Notes: generated by a model from the letters alone, not told the origin. Positions 16,886-25,165 are shown, counted from the first letter of the stretch. The stretch: 32,000 bases of DNA from Hyphomicrobiaceae bacterium (GCA_036380915.1 DASVDU010000153.1:15590-47589), one strand, 5' to 3'. Translations and numbers: made by a program.

Positions 16886-17158
16886 TTAGCTGCCCCGCTG
16901 CTCGCAGACACCGTGCCGCCGCAGCACGTTCTCGATGTCAGCGACGGTCCGGATCTCCATCATCTCGTCCATGGAGAGTTGGATGGCAAACGTCTCCTCG
17001 AGACAGCGCACCAAAGCGATGTGCTGGAGAGAATCCCACCGGGAGACGTCATCCGGCGAGGTCGACGGCGCCAGCGGCCCGCTGTACTGGAAGACGTCCT
17101 CGAAAATGGCCGCAAGCTGCGGGTAGGCAATCCCATTGGCCGAAGTGGACGGGCCCAT
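16886..17158 (-). CDS. Acyl carrier protein (stand-alone, partner of the FkbH-like enzyme)
   Basis: 90 aa. The WDSLQHIALVRCLEETF block has the phosphopantetheine Ser in a DSL motif (Ser codon 17030-17032). Its ATG directly abuts the TGA of the upstream FkbH-like gene (TGAATG). Confidence 0.8.
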   Translation of the reverse strand: MGPSTSANGIAYPQLAAIFEDVFQYSGPLAPSTSPDDVSRWDSLQHIALVRCLEETFAIQLSMDEMMEIRTVADIENVLRRHGVCEQRGS

Positions 17159-19378
17159 TCACGTCTCCCATTGAACGACGACGAAGTTGGACCCCGGCAG
17201 GCCGGCCTTGCCGATCGTCCAACTCCAAGTGGTTTGACTGGGCCCGGTCGATACCTCCCGAAAGCCCAGCGAAGAGTAGAGGTCGCGAACCTGGCCGTTC
17301 TTGGCCGATGGAACGTAGGTGCCCGTGACCTCGCGCACGCCGCGCCGGCCGAGCTCTTCCAGCAGGGCCCCCATGAAGGCGCGCTCGATTTCGCGGCCGA
17401 TCACGCGGCAGCTCATCAAGAAGGTGAGGATTTCCGCGGCGGCCCCATCGATGCGCGCGGTCGCGGCGATGACGATGCCGTGATTACCGAAACGGTCGCT
17501 GGCCCGCCCCTGGAGGACCAAATAATGCTGCTCGTCCGCGATCATGGCGCCGAGATCGGCTTCCGTATAGCGCACCGTGGTGAGGTTGAACTGGTTTGTC
17601 CGCTGATGGAGCTGCGCGACCCGAGACAGTGTCGCGGAACGGACCGGCCCGACATGGAGCCGCTGCTCGAGCCCGCGGAGGTAGTCTGAGAGGCTGACGG
17701 CCTGCGCACGAAACTGCCTGCTGGCGCGCTCGGCGGCGTACATCTCGGCCCGCCGCTCGTCCTCAGCCGTGAGCCGCACCGGCCACGTCACGGCAAGGCT
17801 CCGCAGCCACAGCGGACGCTGGGCCGGATCGGCGGGCATCTCGGGCACCACCACCTCCGGACACACTTGGCGCATGGCCTCACGCTCGTGCGGACTGTCG
17901 TCGAGAAAAAGGAAGCTGTCGAGCCCGAGATTGAGCTCGGCGGCGAGCTTGCGGATGTTCTCGGGCTTCGGGTTCCAGTCGATGGCGGTCGCTGCAAAGT
18001 CGTCGGCCCGCAATACCATTCCCGGGTGGCGATCGAAGACCGTGATGGCATCGGGATCGTTCTTGCTGAGAGCGGCGAGGAGCATGCCCTGCCGCTTCAG
18101 CCGCAGGCATTCCTGCTGGAACGTGCTGAAGGCATTGCCGGGAAACTCAGGACCGCACACCAATGCGCCGAGACCGTCGTCGCCGTAGACGCCGCCCCAG
18201 AGCGTATTGTCGAAGTCGAGCGCCAGAACCTTCAGAGGGCCGCGCTTCAACAGATGCCACGCCTCGGCAAATCTCCTGGCGAGCGCCCGCGATGCTGCAG
18301 CGGAATAGGCGATGCGGCCGTAGTACCAGAGCTTGGGATCGGTCTGTTGGGCCAGCGGCAGCTTGGCGAGCGCGGAGTCTGCGTCGCAGACGACGATCCG
18401 GCCAGATCGCTCCGCAGCATCCAGAATGCGCTGATTGACGAGATCGATGGCGCCCCGCAGGCCGAGGGCATGGCGGCGGTCGAGCAAGCCCGCCGTCGGC
18501 GCCGGGGCGGACGGAATGGTGTTGATGAGCAGCGGATGTTGAGCGCGCTCTGCAAAGGCGGTCAAAGCGGAGGCGAGAAGATCAGCCCGCTCGCGGACCA
18601 GCTCCAGGCCTTCGTCTGCCGGACGGCGCCAGTCGCGTGCAGCGAATCCGTCAAAATCCATGAGCAGAACGAGCCCGTCGCAATCCGCGGCCGGGCGGAG
18701 CAGCTCGGCGAGGCCTTCACCGAAATTGGCCTCGCTGACCCGAGCCTGCCAGCCTTGCGCCGCAAAGGCAGGGACGAGATCCTGCGCCAGCGTATGAGTG
18801 GTCGAAAATCCACACAGGCGAATTCGCGCGATCTGCAAACCTTGGCGGTAGTGATCGAGTGGAGCTGCCGCAGACGTCAGCACACGCGGGGCCACGTCAT
18901 GAACGGAGAGCGCCAGCTCCGCGGCCTCGTCGTTCCAGCCCAGGGCCTGCAGCCGCTTCACGATCGCGGCGAGGACATCGCCGTCGCCGCTCTCGCGATG
19001 GCACAGCCTCCGATGGATGGCAGCGAACGCGCGCCGCTCGGCCGCCGAGCCGGTGGCGCGGTTGAGTTCGTCCAATGCCGCGAGCTCCTCCGGCAAGGCC
19101 CTGACGAGCTCGCCCGGCAGGACATGCCCAGCTAAGACCAGCGCACGAGAGAGCCAGCTCGGAACACGCACGTGGTGCGCTTCGAGATCCTGGAGCATCG
19201 TCCCGACGCGGTCCGGCGCGACGCGGGTCCAATCGACCCCCTGCAAGAGCACGCCCGCGCGCAGGCAGTCCGCCGCCGACGCAATAGCAGCCTCGACCAG
19301 TTGGTCGGCTGTCGTCGGAGTCCGCGCGCCGGTCTCCCGCGGGCGATCAGCACCCTGGTGTGCATCGCTGAGTGACAC
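17159..19378 (-). CDS. FkbH-like HAD-IIIC phosphatase/acyl-ACP loader with an N-terminal extension of about 180 aa
   Basis: 739 aa, GTG start with GGAGG 4 nt upstream. HAD motifs are LALDFDNTLWGG (motif I), LAALSKND (II) and FLFLDDSPHERE (III/IV). The FkbH signature HQRTNQFNLTT is present. The C-terminal GNAT-like fold carries FLMSCRVIGREIE (Cys codon 17408-17410), the position used for the acyl-S-enzyme intermediate in FkbH-type enzymes. Confidence 0.9.
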   Translation of the reverse strand: MSLSDAHQGADRPRETGARTPTTADQLVEAAIASAADCLRAGVLLQGVDWTRVAPDRVGTMLQDLEAHHVRVPSWLSRALVLAGHVLPGELVRALPEELAALDELNRATGSAAERRAFAAIHRRLCHRESGDGDVLAAIVKRLQALGWNDEAAELALSVHDVAPRVLTSAAAPLDHYRQGLQIARIRLCGFSTTHTLAQDLVPAFAAQGWQARVSEANFGEGLAELLRPAADCDGLVLLMDFDGFAARDWRRPADEGLELVRERADLLASALTAFAERAQHPLLINTIPSAPAPTAGLLDRRHALGLRGAIDLVNQRILDAAERSGRIVVCDADSALAKLPLAQQTDPKLWYYGRIAYSAAASRALARRFAEAWHLLKRGPLKVLALDFDNTLWGGVYGDDGLGALVCGPEFPGNAFSTFQQECLRLKRQGMLLAALSKNDPDAITVFDRHPGMVLRADDFAATAIDWNPKPENIRKLAAELNLGLDSFLFLDDSPHEREAMRQVCPEVVVPEMPADPAQRPLWLRSLAVTWPVRLTAEDERRAEMYAAERASRQFRAQAVSLSDYLRGLEQRLHVGPVRSATLSRVAQLHQRTNQFNLTTVRYTEADLGAMIADEQHYLVLQGRASDRFGNHGIVIAATARIDGAAAEILTFLMSCRVIGREIERAFMGALLEELGRRGVREVTGTYVPSAKNGQVRDLYSSLGFREVSTGPSQTTWSWTIGKAGLPGSNFVVVQWET

Positions 19379-19387
19379 GCCCCCTCC

Positions 19388-20659
19388 TCACACCATCACT
19401 TCGCCGCCGGTGACCAGCAGGTTCTCGCCCGTGATGAATGCGGCATAGGGAGAAACCAGCATCAGCACTGCACCGGCGACGTCCTCGGTGGTCGCCAGCC
19501 GCCGCAGGGGGGTTCTCGCCACAACCATCTGCCGCACGCGATCAGGCACGTTGGCCACGAGATCGGTATCGACCATCGACGGGGACACCATGTTCACCCT
19601 GACACCCTGCGGCCCGAGCTCCTGTGCCAGGTTCTTGCTCATGGCGAGCAGTGCTGCCTTGCCGGTGACATAGGGGAGCCAGTGATGCGCTGTGCGGCCC
19701 AGCGCCGCCGAGGTCAGGACGTTGACGATCACGCCACGGCTCGCCTTGAGCGCGGGCAATGCAGCCTGTGTGACCCGAAATGCGCTGCCGACGATTGCGT
19801 CGTGCGCTGACGACATATCGTCCCAGCCGAGCCGGTCGAACGAGGCCGAATGAATTTTCGGACCGGCATTATTGACGAGAATGTCGAGCCGGCCGTCGTC
19901 CGCAACCGCCGCAAGGAGGCGGTCGACGTCGTGCTGGTCGGTGACATCGGCCCTCACGATCCGGCAGCGCCCGCCTGCGGCTGAAATCTCTGCCGCCAGA
20001 TCGTCGGCTGCCGCGCTGCTCTTATAATAATTGATCCACACGTGGGCGCCGTGCCGGGCGAGAAGTCGCGCCACGGCACGACCGATACCGCGCGAGGCAC
20101 CCGTCACGAGAGCCTTGCGGCCGGCCAGCAGTCCCTCTCCACGAGGCGTCGACTCCGGCTCCGGGTGGCTGTCTTCTGCGAGCCGGAGCACCTTGACCTG
20201 GGCACGGCCGCGCAGAACGCATTCCCCGTGCTGGTTGAGGATTTCGGTGCAGAGCGTAACGAGGCGGGTATCGCGATCGATCTTCTCGACTGTGGCGCGC
20301 GCCTCGACCGTGTCGCCGATGAAAACGGGCCGCGTGAACTCGATGGTCTGCGAAGTATAGAGCGCGCCGCGCCCCGGCAGCTTGGTCCCGATCAATGTCG
20401 AAAGCAGGCTCGCGTGCAGAAAGCCGTGGACGACTCTTTGCGCGAATTCTGTCCGGGCCGCGAACTCTTCGTCGAGGTGCAGCGCATTGTAGTCTCCCGA
20501 CAGCCGCGCAAACGCAGCGACATCGTCGGACGTGATCGTCCGCGACACGCTTTCGGTCTGCCCCACCTGCAGCTCGAGAAGGCGGTCCTGGCTGCCTGTC
20601 ATCTGTCCACGATCAAGTGAGTCCTGCGACGGGGTTAGCCAGGGAGTCGGGGGAAGCAC
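19388..20659 (-). CDS. Fusion protein: N-terminal MaoC-like (R-specific hydratase/dehydratase hot-dog) plus C-terminal classical SDR (FabG-like ketoreductase)
   Basis: Hot-dog part: ITSDDVAAFARLSGDYNALHLDEEFAARTEFAQRVVHGFL. Linker: AEDSHPEPESTPRGEG. SDR part: ALVTGASRGIGRAVA, LVNNAGP and a Ser...YVTGK triad. Start is GTG at 20659 (GAGG 4 nt upstream) or ATG at 20602. The stop lies 9 nt before the FkbH-like start. Confidence 0.85.
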   Translation of the reverse strand: MLPPTPWLTPSQDSLDRGQMTGSQDRLLELQVGQTESVSRTITSDDVAAFARLSGDYNALHLDEEFAARTEFAQRVVHGFLHASLLSTLIGTKLPGRGALYTSQTIEFTRPVFIGDTVEARATVEKIDRDTRLVTLCTEILNQHGECVLRGRAQVKVLRLAEDSHPEPESTPRGEGLLAGRKALVTGASRGIGRAVARLLARHGAHVWINYYKSSAAADDLAAEISAAGGRCRIVRADVTDQHDVDRLLAAVADDGRLDILVNNAGPKIHSASFDRLGWDDMSSAHDAIVGSAFRVTQAALPALKASRGVIVNVLTSAALGRTAHHWLPYVTGKAALLAMSKNLAQELGPQGVRVNMVSPSMVDTDLVANVPDRVRQMVVARTPLRRLATTEDVAGAVLMLVSPYAAFITGENLLVTGGEVMV

Positions 20660-20802
20660 TTGACCTCGGTTAAGCGCACGCCTGAGCGACTAGGCTAGAC
20701 GGACGGATTGCGGCGGTCGCGCGCCGGGCCATCGGGGGAGTGGCTCGGCGGCTTCGTCGCGATCGTTGCGCATATCGCGCGTTCAACGAGGGAAAGCGCT
20801 TC

Positions 20803-21081
20803 ATGCCATCAACGTTCGAGACGGTCGCCGGGATCATTGCTGCGACCAGCGACATTCCGATCGAGCAGATCACCCCGGACAGCCACGTCATGAAGGATCT
20901 GGAGATCGACAGCCTGGCGTTCCTCGACATCACCTTCGAGATCGACCGGCGGTTCGGTATCGAAGTGCCGCTCGATCGCTGGCTCGAGCAGGTCAACGAG
21001 GGAAAGGTCAAAAGCGAGGACTACTTCGTTCTGCGCAACCTCTGTGCACAGATCGATAGCCTCAGGGCGGCCGCGGCCTGA
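20803..21081 (+). CDS. acpXL: Specialised acyl carrier protein AcpXL (lipid A very-long-chain fatty acid carrier)
   Basis: Internal ATG at 20803 of track ORF 20740..21081, with GAGGGA upstream. The 92-aa product [13 protein letters not shown]...[52 protein letters not shown] closely follows my recollection of rhizobial AcpXL, including the C-terminal extension absent from AcpP. Ser codon at 20911-20913. Confidence 0.9.
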   Translation: MPSTFETVAGIIAATSDIPIEQITPDSHVMKDLEIDSLAFLDITFEIDRRFGIEVPLDRWLEQVNEGKVKSEDYFVLRNLCAQIDSLRAAAA

Positions 21082-21096
21082 CCTGCTGATCGGGCC

Positions 21097-21567
21097 ATGC
21101 TTCTCGAGCGCTTCCAGATGCTGGATCGGGTCGATGCGTTCGACAGGGAGGGCGCGTCGCTGAGGGCCTTCGCGTCCGTGCCCGAGGAAAGCCCGATCTT
21201 CGAGGGGCATTTTCCAGGGCATGCGCTCATGCCGGGCGTGCTGCTTCTGGAGGCGATGGCTCAAGCCTCGGGCTATCTGTTGCTGGCGCTCGGTGGCTTT
21301 TCGCGCATGCCATTCTTCGCCAACGTCAAGTCGGCGAACTTCAGGTCGTTCGTGCTGCCGGGCGACCAGCTCGTCATCGAGGCGGAGCGTGTGCACGCCG
21401 GGTCCGGCTACGCTGTCATGAGCTCACAAATTCTGCGCGGCGGCACGCGCGTCAGCGATGCGCAGATGACCTTCCGGCAGGTGCCGTTCCCGGTGCCCGC
21501 GCTCGAGCAGCATGTCCGGCGCGAGGGGGAGCGACTGGGCTTCTTCGGATTGGCGGACAGCCGATGA
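21097..21567 (+). CDS. fabZXL: FabZ/FabA-like 3-hydroxyacyl-ACP dehydratase of the acpXL cluster
   Basis: 156 aa with the hot-dog active-site block FEGHFPGHALMPGVLLLEAMAQ. Located 15 nt after acpXL. Its stop overlaps the next start (ATGA at 21564). Confidence 0.9.
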   Translation: MLLERFQMLDRVDAFDREGASLRAFASVPEESPIFEGHFPGHALMPGVLLLEAMAQASGYLLLALGGFSRMPFFANVKSANFRSFVLPGDQLVIEAERVHAGSGYAVMSSQILRGGTRVSDAQMTFRQVPFPVPALEQHVRREGERLGFFGLADSR

Positions 21568-22784
21568 GCGCCCTGCCCCATCAGGTCTGGATCACGGGGA
21601 TCGGCCTTGTCAGCTCGCTGGGCGAAGGTGTCGAGGCCCATTGGGAATGTCTCACCGGCAGCGCGCAGCCGCGGCCGGTGGTCGACGAAACGCGCTTTGC
21701 CCCTTACCCGGTCCACCCCCTGACGAAGCTCGACATCGCGCGACAGATCCCCAAGACGAGCGATCAACGGCAAATGGAGCAGTGGCAGCGCACCGGCGTC
21801 TACGCTGCGGGTTTGGCCCTGACTGACGCCGGGATCGCGGGCGACACGGAGCTCCTCGATCGCACCGACGTGGTCACCGCGGCTGGCAACGGCGAGCGTG
21901 ACTTGGAGCTCGATGCGCGAGTGCTGGAGACGATCGGGGGTGAGGCGCAGCCGGATGTCTATCTGAACAAGGCGCTTGCGACCGGGCTGCGGCCGACGCT
22001 CTACCTCGGCCAGCTTTCAAACCTGCTGGCGGGAAATATCTCGATCATCCACAAGGCCAGGGGCTCGTCGCGCACGTTCAAGGGTGAGGAGATGGCGGGA
22101 GTCGCGGCGGTCGAAAATGCCGTGCGTCGCATCGCCCACGGCGAATCGGACGTCGTTCTGGTCGGTGCCGCACTCAATGCCGAACGCGAGGATCTGCTGC
22201 TCGGCTACGAGCTCGACGGCTCCCTGCTTCGTGGCCCGTTCCGTTCCGTCTGGGTGCGCGACGCCAACGGCGGCTTCGTGCCGGGCAGCATCGGTGTCTT
22301 CCTCGTCCTCGAATCGGAGCTGCACGGCGCTTTCCGGGGCGCGACGCCGTACGCAGCCATTACGGGCATCGCATCGGATCGGGCGCGCCGCGAAGCCGAG
22401 CCCGTTTCCAATACCGCAATGGAGCTTTTCGATCGTATCGTCGATGGCTTGCGTCCAGGACCGCTGCCGGTCTTGAGCGGCGCCAGCGGCGTGGAGCCGA
22501 TCACCAGCCAGGAGCGGGCCTTCCTGAAACAACTCGAATCGCGCGATTGGCCCCTGGCCGTTCGCGCCTATGGCTCCGTCCTCGGGCATTCGGTCGAAGC
22601 GCATTTCATTACCGGCGTGGCGCTCGCGGCAATGGCGGTGTCGCGACGGAGCTTCTTTGCGCCATTCGATGCGTCCGATGTCGAGCGGCCGTTCCAGGGC
22701 GTGCCGCGCCGTGTCCTCGTCACCGGCTTCGGCCACTGGCGCGGCGAAGGACTGGCACTCCTCGAAGCGGCGGATTGGGACTGA
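21564..22784 (+). CDS. fabF2XL: Beta-ketoacyl synthase-like protein lacking the active-site Cys (FabF2XL type; candidate KS-beta/chain-length-factor subunit)
   Basis: 406 aa with a thiolase-fold KS-like N-terminus VWITGIGLVSSLGEG. Where the partner has TACASG this ORF reads TFKGEEMAG. Where the partner has NAHGTSTP it reads LSGASGVEP. It occupies the canonical position after fabZXL. Confidence 0.85.
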   Translation: MSALPHQVWITGIGLVSSLGEGVEAHWECLTGSAQPRPVVDETRFAPYPVHPLTKLDIARQIPKTSDQRQMEQWQRTGVYAAGLALTDAGIAGDTELLDRTDVVTAAGNGERDLELDARVLETIGGEAQPDVYLNKALATGLRPTLYLGQLSNLLAGNISIIHKARGSSRTFKGEEMAGVAAVENAVRRIAHGESDVVLVGAALNAEREDLLLGYELDGSLLRGPFRSVWVRDANGGFVPGSIGVFLVLESELHGAFRGATPYAAITGIASDRARREAEPVSNTAMELFDRIVDGLRPGPLPVLSGASGVEPITSQERAFLKQLESRDWPLAVRAYGSVLGHSVEAHFITGVALAAMAVSRRSFFAPFDASDVERPFQGVPRRVLVTGFGHWRGEGLALLEAADWD

Positions 22785-22785
22785 A

Positions 22786-24066
22786 ATGGCCAGGCCCATC
22801 CGAGATCATCTGGGGCGCCGCGTCGTCGTCGTGACGGGCATGGGTCTCATCACGGCGCTTGGACGCGGCAAGGCCGAGAACTGGGCAGGTGTCATAGCCG
22901 GGCGATCCGGGCTGAAGCGCATCTCGCGCTTCCCGACGGAAAACCTGCGGTCGACTGTGGCGGGAACCGTCGATTTCATGGACGTCAACCCGTATTCCGC
23001 CCACGACCTGTCGCTGGCGATGGCGATCGCAACGGCCGAGGAAGCCCTCGCAGAGGCCCGCATCGAGAGCCGCGCGTTTCCAGGCCCTTTGATTGTCGCG
23101 ACACCACCCTCCGAGTTCGAATGGCCGCTGCTCCGGAAGTTGCATGACGAAAGCCCCGAGCCGGAGCGCAGTGGCTACGCCCGCCTGCTGGCGGCGGCAC
23201 GCACCGGCAATTACCGCGACATGGCGCGTCATCTGAGGTTCGCCAGCATCGCCGACCGGCTGAAGGAGCGCTTCGGCTGCCGCGGCGAGCCGCTGTCCAT
23301 CTGCACGGCCTGCGCCTCTGGAACGACGACCATCCAGCTCGGGCTCGAGGCGATCCGCCGCGGCGAGGCGGATGCCGCACTGTGCATCGGCACGGATGCT
23401 ACGGTGCACCCGGAAGGCTTGATCCGCTTCTCGCTTCTGTCGGCGCTCTCCACACGGAACGATCCGCCGGAGAAGGCCTCCAGGCCGTTCTCGAAAGATC
23501 GCGACGGCTTCGTCATTGCCGAGGGTTCCGGCGCCCTCGTCCTGGAAGCTTATGAGAGCGCCCGCGCCCGTGGCGCACCGATCCTCGCCGTGGTGCGGGG
23601 TTGCGGTGAGAAGGCGGACGACTACCACCGCACGCGGTCGCGCCCGGATGGCACGGCCATCATCGGCGCTATCCAAAAGACGCTCGACGATGCCGGCGTC
23701 GCGCCGGACGAGATCGACTACATTAACGCGCACGGCACCAGCACGCCGGAGAACGACAGGATGGAGTACCTGTCGCTCAAGGCCGTGCTGGGCGATCGCC
23801 TGCACCAAGTTCCGATCAGCTCCAACAAGTCGATGGTCGGGCACACGCTGATCGCCGCCGGATCGGTCGAAGCCGTCTTCTCGGTGCTGACGCTCCAGAA
23901 CGGCCTGCTGCCGCCGACGATCAATTACGACATTCCCGATCCCGAAATTCCCTTGGACGTCGTGCCAAACGAGGCGCGCGCCGCAAAAGTCAGGACGGTG
24001 CTGTCGAACTCGTTCGGCTTCGGCGGTCAGAACGCGTGCGTCGTCTTCTCGGGAGAGCCGGAATGA
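22786..24066 (+). CDS. fabF1XL: Beta-ketoacyl-ACP synthase II-like condensing enzyme with complete Cys-His-His triad (FabF1XL type)
   Basis: ATG at 22786, 1 nt after the fabF2XL TGA. 426 aa. Motifs are SICTACASGTT (Cys codon 23311-23313), YINAHGTSTPENDRME, SNKSMVGHTLIAAG and NSFGFGGQNA. Confidence 0.9.
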   Translation: MARPIRDHLGRRVVVVTGMGLITALGRGKAENWAGVIAGRSGLKRISRFPTENLRSTVAGTVDFMDVNPYSAHDLSLAMAIATAEEALAEARIESRAFPGPLIVATPPSEFEWPLLRKLHDESPEPERSGYARLLAAARTGNYRDMARHLRFASIADRLKERFGCRGEPLSICTACASGTTTIQLGLEAIRRGEADAALCIGTDATVHPEGLIRFSLLSALSTRNDPPEKASRPFSKDRDGFVIAEGSGALVLEAYESARARGAPILAVVRGCGEKADDYHRTRSRPDGTAIIGAIQKTLDDAGVAPDEIDYINAHGTSTPENDRMEYLSLKAVLGDRLHQVPISSNKSMVGHTLIAAGSVEAVFSVLTLQNGLLPPTINYDIPDPEIPLDVVPNEARAAKVRTVLSNSFGFGGQNACVVFSGEPE

Positions 24067-25145
24067 CAGTGAATCCAACGACGGCGCCGCGGGAAGTCGA
24101 TGAGGCAGGGCGCACCTCCATGCGCGCCATCGAGGTGCGGGGGGAGCGGCAGCTTGCGATCATCGAAACGGAGCGGCCGCCAGCACCCGGTCCAGGTGAA
24201 GTGCAGGTGCGCATCGGCGCCGTTGCTTTGAACCACATCGATGTTTGGGGCTGGCGCGGCATGGCGTTCGCGCGTCGCAGGCTGCCGCTCATCGCCGGTG
24301 CCGAGGCCGCCGGCGAGATCGTGAAGGTGGGACCGGCCGTCGAGCAGTTGCGGCCAGGCGACATCGTCGCGCTTTACGGCGCCCACACCTGCGGGATCTG
24401 TCCAGCCTGCCGCGAGGGCCGCGACAACTTCTGCACGGCGCAGGACAATATCTACGGCTTCCATATCGACGGGTTCGCGCGAGAGCTGATGAATATCCCG
24501 GCGCGCCTTGCCGTCCGGGCGCCCTATGGCGTCGACGTGACGGGTGCTGCGCTGGCAGCCATCACCTTTGGCACGCCGGAGCATATGCTGTTCGATAACG
24601 CCCGGCTGAGGGAGGGCGAGACGGTGCTCGTGCACGCGGGCGGCAGCGGCATCGGCTCGGCTGCGATTCAGCTCGCCAAGGCGGCCGGGGCGACGGTGAT
24701 CACGACCGTCGGGAGCGACGAGAAGGCTGCGAAGGCCAAAGCTTTGGGCGCCGATCACGTTATCAACTACCGGGAAGAGCGCTTCGAAAGGCGCGTTCGG
24801 CAGATCACGGGTCGGCGCGGCGTCGAGGTGGTGTTCGAGCACGTGGGCTCAGACACGTGGGAGGGCAGCATGCTTTCGATGAAGCGCGGTGGCCGCCTGG
24901 TGACGTGCGGCTCGACCACCGGCATCAGCGCCAAGATCAACCTCTTCATGCTCTTCCAGCAACAGCTTCGGCTAATCGGAAGCTTCGGCTGCACGATGGC
25001 CAATATGCGCAGCGCAATGGCCAAGATGGCCCAGCGCCAAGTGCGGCCCGTCATCGATACCGTGATCCCGATCGGTCAGATCGAAAGGGGGCTGCAGCGG
25101 CTCGAGAGCCGTCAGGTATTCGGCAAGATCATCCTTACATTGTGA
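24063..25145 (+). CDS. adhA2XL: Zinc-type medium-chain dehydrogenase/reductase (AdhA2XL-like)
   Basis: ATGA overlap with fabF1XL. 360 aa. Motifs are GEVQVRIGAVALNHIDVW, the structural-Zn Cys cluster CGICPACREGRDNFC and the Rossmann block VLVHAGGSGIGSAAIQLAKAAGA. It occupies the canonical position in acpXL clusters. Confidence 0.85.
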   Translation: MTVNPTTAPREVDEAGRTSMRAIEVRGERQLAIIETERPPAPGPGEVQVRIGAVALNHIDVWGWRGMAFARRRLPLIAGAEAAGEIVKVGPAVEQLRPGDIVALYGAHTCGICPACREGRDNFCTAQDNIYGFHIDGFARELMNIPARLAVRAPYGVDVTGAALAAITFGTPEHMLFDNARLREGETVLVHAGGSGIGSAAIQLAKAAGATVITTVGSDEKAAKAKALGADHVINYREERFERRVRQITGRRGVEVVFEHVGSDTWEGSMLSMKRGGRLVTCGSTTGISAKINLFMLFQQQLRLIGSFGCTMANMRSAMAKMAQRQVRPVIDTVIPIGQIERGLQRLESRQVFGKIILTL

Positions 25146-25165
25146 CATGGAGCGGGGCCGTTTCG

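Larger units (their letters stand above)
21564..24066 (+). repeat. Copy 1 of a diverged tandem paralogous segment (KS-like plus KS gene pair)
   Basis: Colinear with 25166..27660 at an offset of about 3.6 kb. For example, the 28-nt string cacggcaccagcacgccggagaacgaca occurs at 23731-23758 and 27331-27358, exactly 3600 nt apart. Divergence elsewhere shows the duplication is old. Confidence 0.8.

Noticed and set aside
17867-19135. 422-aa plus-strand ORF antisense to the FkbH-like gene. The same applies to 16745..17689 (+), 22720..24078 (-), 26173..27444 (-), 6356..7450 (+), 2545..3393 (-), 20042..20620 (+), 20809..21396 (-) and 3466..4161 (-).
   Set aside because: These are long stop-free antisense frames, as expected in high-GC DNA. 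Their translations are Arg/Ala/Gly/Pro-rich low-complexity strings with no recognisable motifs. Each is fully overlapped by an opposite-strand gene with clear family signatures.
20758-20779. Inverted repeat CGCGAT-N10-ATCGCG about 25 nt upstream of the acpXL start. Also a TTGACC hexamer at 20660-20665, considered as a -35 element.
   Set aside because: A 6-bp GC-rich repeat is expected by chance in this composition. No acceptable -10 hexamer lies at 16-19 nt from the TTGACC. Evidence is too weak to call a promoter or operator in the divergent acpXL/FkbH-module gap.
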